Source: Laetmonice hystrix (lineage: Eukaryota). Taken from it: a DNA stretch of 64,000 bases. The position numbers were made by a program, and so were the translations under genes. Below are positions 23,344-33,885 of the stretch, piece after piece (the first letter of the stretch is position 1; each line of letters begins with the position of its first letter). The DNA lies in NCBI GenBank assembly GCA_965235115.1, contig OZ249440.1, positions 33,234,001 to 33,298,000 on the forward strand. Reading direction: 5' to 3'. The notes beneath the pieces are model-generated. The model searched no databases and was not told the origin of the DNA. It saw nothing but the letters and a program-made list of their open reading frames with translations.

Positions 23344-26300
23344 TTACAGGTGTGCAAACTTGAGCATCTTTCTGTTCTTCCTTCCCTTCTGCTGCATTAC
23401 AGACTCGTTTGCCATCTTTAGAGTGTGATGCAGGCGAATATTCACCATGATGTGTACAATAGTAAGGTGTGGTTTGCACGAGTTGCAATACAGAGTTTCA
23501 AATTTAACATTTTTGAGAATTGTTGACACTAGTGAGGTCTTTACTTTTTCACAGAAGATGACATTATCAATCACCCCTCTGTATTCCTTCTCAACCTTTT
23601 CCAAGACATCAAGCAAAGCTTTGCTGGGTAAAATTAAGCCATCCTTAGCACCAGCATACTTCTTCAGTTTTATAAACTCAAGATTTCCATCACTTTCACT
23701 TTCTGAATTGCAGATTAACTTTGAAGTGCAATCATTACATATTTTGCCCCTCAACCGTCGGATGATGTATCCAGCAATGTAAGCCAGAACATTGGACTCG
23801 GAGAAAGAGAGTTCCTCTGCCTCATCCACTGCACGTTCTACCTGGAAAGAGCATAGCGAGGGGTATATATGGGTCCTATTTTTTTATGCCCGTGTCCCAG
23901 TGTCACACGATAAGAAATTTGTCCATGTCCCATGTCACTTTTTAAAACGATTCAATCATGTCTCGTGTCACTTTTTAAGCTCCAGTCTAAGACTAAGACT
24001 GGGACTGGCTCCAGTGTAAGACTAAGACTGTAACAGTGTAAGAGATTTAGGCCTAGATGAATATGGCAGATCTATGTCGCTTCTACTGTAGGCCTACGTC
24101 GCACGTCGCTATTTAATAATTGTCGATGTCGCGTGTCACCTGTTAAGTAAATCAATGTGTCTCATGTCTATTTTTATTGCAATTCTGGATGTCTCACGTC
24201 GAATTTTATCAGCCATTTGGGAGCTGTGTCCGTTGCACGTTAAGAAGAGGATGTCGCAATGTCGCCCTTCATTTTACGGCCGTGTCGGCGTGTCGATCGT
24301 GTCGAATTTTACCCATGTATACCCCTATAGCGGCAACAGTCCCTTCATATTTTCAGGCAGAACAGACAGCAGAGTTTCATAGGGCGATGGCTGTACCTGG
24401 AAGACCTCCTCGCTACCACTTTTGGCTGGAAGAGAATCCAATGAGAGCAAAAACTCATCCAGGTCTTCTTTGCAGTTTGTGTTGTCTCCCTGGTTAAGGA
24501 TTGATGCAACCATAGCCTGAAACACGGGATCACTGTTACATAAATAACAGCAGGAAGCAAAAACTTCTTCTAGTGCACCCATACTTAAAGATAGTAAATC
24601 AGTATTATGACAAAGAAAAAAAGCTATTTACTGCATATAGTCCTGTATCAATTACAACAGCAACTTAATTTATATGATGTTGAAGTTACAAACATGACTT
24701 TTTCATCATTTGCAACCTTAATTGCTCATGTACATCATTACTATGTACATCATCGAAATGTACAGTCATTAACTCACTGTCAATAAACTTACTTGGGCAA
24801 AGGAAGCCCTAAAAGCCTTGGCATCAGGGTTATCATGACCAGCCCCCTTGGCTCGGATCACACTGAAGAAATTCTCTAGGCAATCCTGGTTCAGCCTGTT
24901 GGTCAGGAGGTACCTGAAGCCGTGGTCCTCACTCAAGGTCGTCCACAGCTGAAGAAGGGAATTGATGGACAGCTGCCATCCCTTAAGGCAAGCAGGGCTC
25001 CGTGTACCTAAAACCATGCAAATGACCGTGTAATTCATTTGATTAAAATTGAAAGTGATGTTAGATGATGCTGGGCAGCTGGCATGATAGTGAGACATGA
25101 TTGGTTATTAAGGGTCTTATTACATTTGTTTTTGGTAATGCCAAGTCTTCAGTTAAGAAAATTCCAAATGACATATCTAGATCCATTGCTAGCGACCTGT
25201 GAAAATAAAGAAGTTTCAGAAACTTTACATTTGGAAATCAAGGCCAGTAAGCTGTGACTGAAGGTCGTTTGTGTTTTTAATATTAATATTAAAGAATGAA
25301 TAACAATTTTTGCCAACAACAAACCTTTGGTTTTGACTCTCTTTAGCCAAGCCAAGGTTTCTTCCAGAAACTGCTGATGTCCTGATGTAGCAGAGAAGGC
25401 ATGGCTCATTTCTGACTTGCTTGACAGGGACTGGCTGTTGAAGCAGTTGAAAAGCTTATCCATTTTGTCCAAAAAACTGGCAGTATGCTTGGCTTCCTCT
25501 GTGGTCAGGGAAAATGTAAATTTCTAAATGGCACATAAGTGATAGTGGCGATTCAAAATAATTTTTACGAGGTAAAAAGTGAAATGCTAAATAGTGGCCC
25601 CTATGTTGAAGTCTGACAATAATGTTCCATTTTAGCTGATGCATGACCTAAGAAAAGCTTCATTCTTATAATTTTAAAACTTGATACATTCATTAAGTTT
25701 ATAAAATTAAGAAATAGAGATATTCGATATTAACAAATACATGTACATATATTTTAGCTTTTATTACTGCTACAGTAATTTGTGCATAGGCAGGAAAACT
25801 TCATGTCGACAGTAATGAAGCAAACAAATTGCTCCTTTCTCTTTTTGAATGATTTTAACCCACCTGGAATAATGTTCCACTGAGCCATGAATGCCATGCC
25901 TGTGGCTACACTGTGAGACATGACCTGGACAGCGAGATGAACCCGGAGATCCTTGAATGGGGGAATGTCAATATGGCAGCGTGTAAGCTTTGGAGCTAGT
26001 CGCACTGGTTTGCTTGAGTCTGCCTCATAAAAACTAACGATATGGTCCCACGTGATGTCTAGCTTGTCCTCAGCCTCTATTGTGAAGCCATGCTTTTTCA
26101 GGTTGTTCCGCATGCTCTTTAGCAGATGTGGTGGGTCGTACATTACGAACACTTTCATTGAACCATGTGTGAAGAAGGGTTTTTCAGGAGAAACACCAAG
26201 CTCAGTTCCAAAGAGATTTAAATTGTTGGAGCCCTGGTCACTTATAAGCACCATGACTGTCAAACCAATCGCCTGGAGATGATCAATACATGACAGCAAC

Positions 26301-29300
26301 AACGGCTTCATCTCACTTGCCCTCATTGGCCCACTGGACAGATAGTATCCTAATGGCTGCTTCCATTTCTGAGATAATCCGCGTACCATGAAAACAATGG
26401 CATGACTGGCTAAACTGTTAGTTCTGGCCGTTCCCTCTGCCACTCCCTCTATGACGTCACGTCCTTGATCATATGACAGACCTTGCCGTATGCTCATCTC
26501 ATCAATGACCAAAGCCACCAGTTTATCTTGAGCACACATTTTCTCAGTCTTCATTCGCAGTGCCTCCAGGATATTCTTGTTGACGCCTGGGTAAATTTGG
26601 ATAGATTGGACAGCTCTTTTCAGGATTCGAGGGGATGGCAAGGCAAAAACCTTGCAGAGCAATCGATAAGTTTTTGGACTTGAGTGGAGAAGTGACAGAG
26701 AAAATGCCTTTTGTTGAGCTGTCCATCGTCTGCCTCGTGGACAGCGCTGTGCCATGGCAAGCTGCGACATGACGAAGTCAAGTGAAGGTCCTGATAGGTA
26801 CTTGGACAGTTCAATCCTCAGTCTGGCTAGCTTCCTTCTAGGTGAAGACCATTGTTTCTTGTGTAACACAGATAGTGCTCTAGAAACTGACTTATTGGCA
26901 GCAATACTGGCAGCATTAAACCGTTTCTTCAAACGATGTACCTTGAAGTACAAAAAATAAACAGTATACTAGTTTGTAATCACAAAGTGTTTAAAGTCAA
27001 TTTAATAAAATAGAATACATTGTAGTTACAAATAAAAATGAAAAACCTTCCCTAATTATGGCATTACAGATTCCTGGTTTTGCCAAATAAGCCAATGTTC
27101 CAATTTTTATTGAAATCCATAACATTTTGTTTGATTTATCTCGCAGAAACCAAATCCAAAGTTTGACTATTTAAGGGCCTGCACCTGGAGTAAAAACTGA
27201 CGAGGCTCAGCTTATTTCCAACAGCACAGAGTCAAAGTGTTTGAAATTTCTTCGAGCAGATTTGTCTTTAATTCTTGCATATAATATCCTCAACTTGTAC
27301 TGATATAGAAGCTGTTAATTTACTGCTTGAGCTGCACCACTTACAGCAATATCAGGATGACAATTTCAAGGCTCAAATCAGACTAATTTTAGTGAGTCAG
27401 CCCCAGACTCCCTGTTATTTCCAGCCCCATCCCAGATAGCACACAGGATGGCACAGCCGATGGCCCACTGTTGGGCCACCCGTCAAAGCAGCGGCAGCCG
27501 TTGGTGGCCCACTGGTGGTGTGACCAGATGGTAGCCGTTGGCCCACCGGTGTAGATCTAGCCACCGATGGGCCAACGTTGGCCCGCTGAAGACAAGATAG
27601 CACACAGCCGATGGCCCACTGTTGGGCCACCCGTCAAAGCAGCGGCAGCCGTTGGTGGCCCACTGGTGGCGTGACCAGATGGTAGCCGTTGGCCCACCGG
27701 TGTAGATCTAGCCACCGATGGGCCAACGTTGGCCTGCTGAAGACAAGATAGCACATAGCCGATGGCCCACTGTTGGGCCACCCATCAAAGCACCAGTGGC
27801 CCGCTGTCGGCAGCCGCTGGTGGCCCACCAGTGGCTGACCAGCTGGTAGCCATTGGGCTATCTACACCCGGTGGGCCAACGGCTATCAGCTGGTCACGCC
27901 ACTAGTGGGCCACCAGCGGCTGCCGACAGTGGGCCATCGGCTGTGTGCTATCTGGGATATCAACAACTCAAACTGTAAAGCATCAAACAGTGTAAAATAA
28001 TGTCAACTGTGAACATGGCCAGTTAGCCCTGTAAATACTCGATAACAAAGTGTAAAACTACATGTCCAACACATTCATAAGAATGCATCTTATTCTCGAA
28101 CCTGGATACGAAGACAATGATTTTTCCTTTTCAGTTCCTTAACCTTGTTACCTGGATAAGCATGTCACAGATAACCACCATGACTGATTTAACTGAAGCG
28201 TGATCTAAATTTTCAATTCTAAGCATTCATTACTGCACTAGGAACTTCTTTTCTGAACAGCAGACTAATTATTCCAAAAAAATGAGTTAGCTGAGACATA
28301 AAGGGGCACATGTAATTGAAAATACACAATAAACATACCAAGTGCAGTATAGGACTGCTTGCCACATGTGTCAGATGATTTCTTTTCCTGACATGCGTGA
28401 TGTGCCACATCTTCACTGGTACAGGCAGGCTGACTGTGATCCAACTACACATAATGTGAAATAGGAAATTAGATTCTTCTCCTCACTGCAAAGCCACATC
28501 AATTACTAGTTTCCACACATTTTGTCACACATCACAGTCATTTTTTTAAAACAAGCATCTGGCTCTGGAAGAACTAGGGACAGTGTAATATACTGTAATT
28601 TGAAGTACAGGCTCACACACAAGATATTGTTGCCGAATTATTTCCCCCTTCAAGTAACCTTGTGCTCACCTTCAAGCATTTTGGCAAGGGAGTCCGTATA
28701 CTTGGGGCAGGTCTCTTAAAGTCCAACAGACATCAAAATTTACATGAAATTTAGTGCCAGATCCTGATGATACATGTAATTTGTTGTTGTTTAACTTAAA
28801 GGAGCGGTTATTGTACAAGAATATGAACTGTGTGTAAGCCGTTTTAAAGACCAATTCCCCTAGTGACGTCATCAGGGGCAATGGTAAAGAATAGGCAGGA
28901 GTGAGACTGTGATGAGGCGCGAGATTCGAATTTTCAATATTTTTCTAAATTGAGAGGACTTCTCAGAAAACCCATCAGGGATACGGCTACAACTCAAAGT
29001 GATCTATCTAGATCAGTAAAGTTACCTATGTGATGTCAGTTGCACTTTAAGAGAGAGATGAGACGGAGGATTGGGCACGTCGAATATAGTGGGAATAGCC
29101 CACTTCAACAGCCTGTCCTTCTTTGAGGCATTATAAAACATTCCATCCTCAAAGTGTTCTGGATCAAAGACAATGCAAATGTTACAAGTTTGATGCAATT
29201 ATGTCTAAAGCTGTGAGGCCAGTTCCTTGCCTTTTCATACTTTAAAAAATCCACACAGTTTATGTTTGTTTGGAAACCTGCAGATACCTTGAGACATTTA

Positions 29301-30187
29301 AATTTATTGACACTGCACCAATAGAGGTTCATATGATAAAAAGTAATAATTTTTGTTTTCTTATTTTCTTTGTTTTCATGCTTACCAGGACATAGCACAC
29401 AATTCCGGTTAAGATAATCTTCAGGTCTGCCCAACAGATCTGCCCTCCGGGTATTTATAACCCATCTCTTGCTCCTGAAGTGATAGAAAAGATATAGAAA
29501 ATTCATCATCAGGCCATGGGGAGTTAGTTGAAAATTATTCTCACCTAAATGCTAGAAAACTGTGTAGTTATTATTTCTCACACATGTAAGTGTAAAGGCC
29601 GGTTTATAGTCCGTCGACCGACCATCGGTCGACCATCGGTCGACCATCGGTCGACCATCGCTCGACGTCAGGTCAAAGTTCACCTAGGTTTAACTCTCAG
29701 CGATCGGTCGGACGACGGCCAGATCGCTGAACTATAGATCTAAACGTTTGTTCTCACACGGCCGATGTCTATGACAGTATTGTGAGAGGCTACTGACTGT
29801 CACTGTGCTGGGGGATGTTATGAGAGGACACATCTAGATCTATCCCCACGAGTTCAGGTCTGTTGAATATTTTTGAAATACTGTTTTCCATTCTTAGAAA
29901 GTTTATGGATAAGTTCTAACTCACGGCCAATTCTCACCGGCGGCTGAAATCCATGGCAACCATGACGACTACATGGAAACTAACCAATTATCGCTCACTG
30001 GAAGACGTAATTTTGTGGAAACGAATTTTTCCTTAATGTCAGATACACAAACAATAAATATGTCAACATACCTGTCCTGGTCCCTTGGAAATTTGAAGAA
30101 ACTCATTTCCGGACATTTTCTGTCGCAGTTGGCGCAGTTTATGGCGGAACAAAAGCGTCCGTTCCGCCTGCTCGCCGGACCCGCCAT
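23344..30187 (-). CDS. THAP9/P-element-type transposase, 9 exons: 30187-30072, 29474-29386, 29158-28670, 28444-28339, 28151-28102, 26941-25864, 25498-25325, 25007-24793, 24516-23344 (exons 3 and 9 interrupted by MITEs)
   Basis: THAP domain CSAINC...FFKFP...W...LCPEHF...AIPTIF. Catalytic motifs IDEM, SDQG, YDPPHLLK..RNN and NQDCLENFFS.IR. C-terminal YIAGYI...C..C. All junctions are GT-AG and phase-consistent. Confidence 0.9.
23859..24326. mobile_element. MITE with 6-bp TSD inside the last transposase exon
   Basis: TIR AGGGGTATA(T/C)ATGGGT and TSD ATAGCG (23853-23858, 24327-24332). Removal restores LLPLCSFQVERAVDE in frame. Confidence 0.9.
27431..27956. mobile_element. EnSpm/CACTA-like MITE in a transposase intron
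   Basis: CCCAGATAGCACACAG...CTGTGTGCTATCTGGG, 2-bp AT flanks, and internal ~142-bp tandem units. Confidence 0.85.
28720..29046. mobile_element. TTAA-specific (Kolobok-like) MITE inside transposase exon 3
   Basis: TIR AGT(C/G)CAAC(A/T)GACATCA with TTAA on both sides. Removal restores SHLSLKRPAP in frame. Confidence 0.85.
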
Positions 30188-31464
30188 GATGACGTTTCAG
30201 CACAGTGAGCTTACCTACTCCTAGATGGCGCTGCAAACGAGCTTGTCACAAATCGGCCACCAGGGAGCGCAAGAGTGGCACATCCTATCTATTCCACTAT
30301 TCTTGCTTTTACTAAAAACTTTATTTATACAAGGAGTCAAGGCCGAAAAATCTACTCAACCTCTTCACTCTAGGCCTAATATGAAGCCACTCGGGCAACG
30401 ACTGACGTTATAGGCCTCGATCTAAAGCGGGTCCAGGGAACTTGAAGTATAATTCACCTGGATTAAGCTACTGAAATTTGGGAGTTGTCACTCGGACACA
30501 TCTTAAGGATTTACCAGCTACATGGATCGGAATGTGCCTCGCCAGGATTGAGTTACTCAAGCATGGAAGTTGTTACCCGGCCGAGCACGCTATTAAGGAG
30601 TTGTTAACTACATGGATTAATCTTTGGACTTCGGGACTTTATCATTCGGGAGTACGGCAATCGTACGGAATTATTTATCCATATTCATTTATTAAAGCAG
30701 CAGTCTCGTCCGTTAGACCATGCTCGCAGCCACCTTGTCCTAGTGACCTATTTCACGTCCATCCTATGCTGTAGCATAGGAACTGACATCTATAAATAGC
30801 AAATCGACCGTTAGGGTGGACCCTTATCGCACAATGCTGAAGGACGAGACCCTCGCTTTAAGTAAACTTTATTTTATCCACTTCGGAATGGACTGATGTT
30901 ACTTGTTACCTCTGTAACGCCGCCATGCATGACTCTTCTAAATACGGATTCTATTCGCTGTGACGCATCTCACCCATCCACATTGTCTACACTGGAGATT
31001 GATATAATAAAGCTTCGTCAACTGTCAAGCGGACTTATGATTGTGTCGGGGAAGGGTATTCGTGGTACCTTCATGTTAGGACTAAGTGAGTTCGCTCTAC
31101 CGATCTAAGCTTCCCAAATCTCAGATGGTAGTCTATATCCAACAAAAACGTTTGAACCCCAAGTCTTGTAGAGAACCCCCCCCCCCCAACACAGTCGTCT
31201 TGTTTCTTGCCTTGGTCATATTGACGAATTCGATAGACAAAATCTTCCTAGAAGTGCATGCTGCAGACGATTCCCTTAGTCATGCATACTAACGTATCCA
31301 TCAGCAAAGCTATGTAGTCTTAGTCCTTTCGACTAACTTCTTGTTCCTTCTGACTGATCATATGCCCCATTCCTCGAAATAGAGAGACTAAGATCCTAGT
31401 CACTGTTGACTAATGGTGACTAACAAAAGGCAGTGCTTTTCGGCACCATCAATTGTACGAAGAA

Positions 31465-32367
31465 AGTTAGTCACGGTTGACTAGGATTTTACCCGCAGAG
31501 ATTATCAGTGTAGCACAAGGGCTGCCGTTCCGCCCAGGCCTTCGTATGTCGACCAAGTGTCGTCGGTGCCGGCTGTCGATATAAGTCCACCAAGACAAGT
31601 CCCAACCCGGATATATCGACTAACCTATAAACATACGTGCAGGCTATTAATATTAGGCCTATATAACTAGACATATTACCCACACAGGCTCGGACTCATA
31701 GAAAAGCCCATGCCTTTTTCCTAATAAATTTATTATATGAATATATTACCACATGTAGCGTAAGGTAAGTTTTTCGTGCCGTCGTCCCCACATATACCTC
31801 CAACAAGCACCAAGTGTCAGTGTTGGTGTCGGTACGAATACCTAATCCCAACCCGTGTGTTCCTGCTTCTTACACCCGTTGTGTCGTCGGTGTCGGCTGT
31901 CGGTAGATGCAACTCCTATTCCCTACCCACCAACGAAGCCGCCCTTGCAGTTCCGCCCGGGCCCACAGTTGATTCATATATAGGCAAAATTAATAGATAT
32001 GAAATATTGATATGGTATATTGATATCCCATAGGCCTATATTCAGCATTATAGACTATAGCATCGTCCATGGCCATGGTATCGGTGTCGGTTCAGTCGTC
32101 CAGACAATTCCACTCTTGCAGGTGTCGTCAGTGTCGGCTGTCGGTAGGCTATAGGCCCTACCGATTCGTAGACCTCCTCTAACACACAAGCCCGGACTCA
32201 TAGCAAAACGGTGTAGGCCTACCTGGAGACTTATTCCTAATATATTTATTATTAATATATTACCACATGCACGTCTAAGGCAAGTTTACGCTCGTGTCGT
32301 CGTAGTCGTCGTCGTCAGCTTCGCATAGAAGATCCCAAAATAGATTTCGTGTAAGTTATCATGGCCA
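31465..32367 (+). repeat. Copy of the GTGTCGGCTGTCGG repeat family
   Basis: Shares its left end with 14610-14650 (inverted) and its right end AAGTTATCATGGCC with ~8630-8643 (inverted). The body matches 9900-10070 in reverse. Confidence 0.75.
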
Positions 32368-32615
32368 TGGGAGAAGAAACCGGGTACAGATAAGCTAACT
32401 GCCATGCGGAGAAGGGTGGGGGGGGGGGGGGGATACATCACTCGGAATGTCTTGGGAGGCTCCGTAAAGCACGTGAACTCGGGGAGACAGACCCTATATT
32501 ATAGACTATGGGGAAACCGGACTTCGAATTCTCTGATTCCGCCCCTCGAGTTTATTATTCTGGCGTAGACTACAACACCCCGATATATGTGGCCTATCGC
32601 TGGAACCAATGTATA

Positions 32616-33579
32616 TGTCACGGACGAGATTGGAATCCGGCCCGATTCCATTCCAGGCCGGCCTATAATGGGATTCCGAACTGGGCCGGCCCAGTTCGGA
32701 ATCGGGCCGGCCGAGCTTGGAATTCCATTCTAGGCCGGCCTGGAATGGAATCGACATAGGATTCCATTCTGGGCCGGCCCAGATCAGAATTCTGATTCTG
32801 GCCGGCCAAGATGGGAATCCTCTAAAGACCTGGCCCAGATTGGAATTCTGATCTGGGCCGGCCCATGAACAACACCACAGTTTTCAGACTCACACCAGCT
32901 TACTGCGCTTTGAAGGGGGGCTTCAAAGGGAACCCTACGCTTTCGGCTGTTTAGAGCCTGGGAACTTAGGTATAGTAAACATACATTCTGGTAGGTATGA
33001 AGGAATATAATTCCGAATATTAGGCCTATCACAGTCCTAAACTGGTTTCACTAGTCTATATAGGCCTACCTTTAATTTCTAAAAGTGTATTTTTAAACTA
33101 AAACTCTGCCGAGATCAGAAAAACATCCATTCTGTCGCTCGAGGATTCCTATATGTGATTAAAGTGGATATACTGACTTTATAATTCCAGATGGATTCTG
33201 ATCTGGGCCGGCCCAGATCAGAATTCCAATCTGGGCCAGGTCTTTAGAGGATTCCCATCTTGGCCGGCCAGAATCAGAATTCTGATCTGGGCCGGCCCCG
33301 AATGGAATCCTATGTCAATTCCATTCCAGGCCGGCCTAGAATGGAATTCCAATCTCGGCCGGCCCGATTCCGAACTTGGCCGGCCCAGTTCGGAATCCCA
33401 TTCTAGGCCGGCCTGAAATAGAATTCCAATCTCGGCCGGCCCGATTCCGAACTGGGCCGGCCCGATTCCGAACTGGGCCGGCCGAGATCGGAATCCCATT
33501 CTGGGCCGGCCCAGATTGGAATTCCGATCTGGGCCGGCCCAGTTCGGAATCGGGCCGGATTCCAATCTCGTCCGTGACA
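32616..33579. mobile_element. Foldback element with long modular TIRs (TGT...ACA, TATA flanks; Ginger-like termini)
   Basis: 32616-32866 and ~33190-33579 are inverted arrays of ~22-bp GGCCGGCC/GGAATTCC modules. Terminal TGTCACGGACGAGATTGGAATCCGGCCCGATTCC matches perfectly. Confidence 0.85.
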
Positions 33580-33885
33580 TATATATGGGCCAACAGGCAG
33601 AGGTCAGGGCAGAGGTAGAGCGTGAAAGGACGAAAAAGTAGGACATTGCAGAGTCACCGTTCACAGCTCAGGTCAGATTCTGGGACAAATACAGGGACAG
33701 CTCGTCTGGACTCTTGCTTGCCGGTGGTTAGGTCTGAGAGAAGCCTGCTGTCACTAAAGGAGCCCGACACTGACTGAGGTATAGCGCCTAGTGTTGCCTC
33801 TGCAGGACGTGGTGGGTGTAGATCTCAGCCCAGGTGAAGCCCACAACCACAGTGTGGAGTTGTCGTCATACAGACTCTGTTAGTG

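Larger units (their letters stand above)
21540..30305 (-). mobile_element. Full-length P-superfamily DNA transposon
   Basis: Imperfect ~90-bp TIRs (CAAGAATAGT....TAGATAGGATGTGC...GCAGCGCCATCTAGGAGTAGGTAAGCT). 7-bp TSD CTTTTAC (21533-21539, 30306-30312). Contains a THAP/P transposase gene. Confidence 0.95.

Noticed and set aside
30440..31380. Possible decayed retroelement sequence with short ORFs
   Set aside because: No recognisable motif in any frame.
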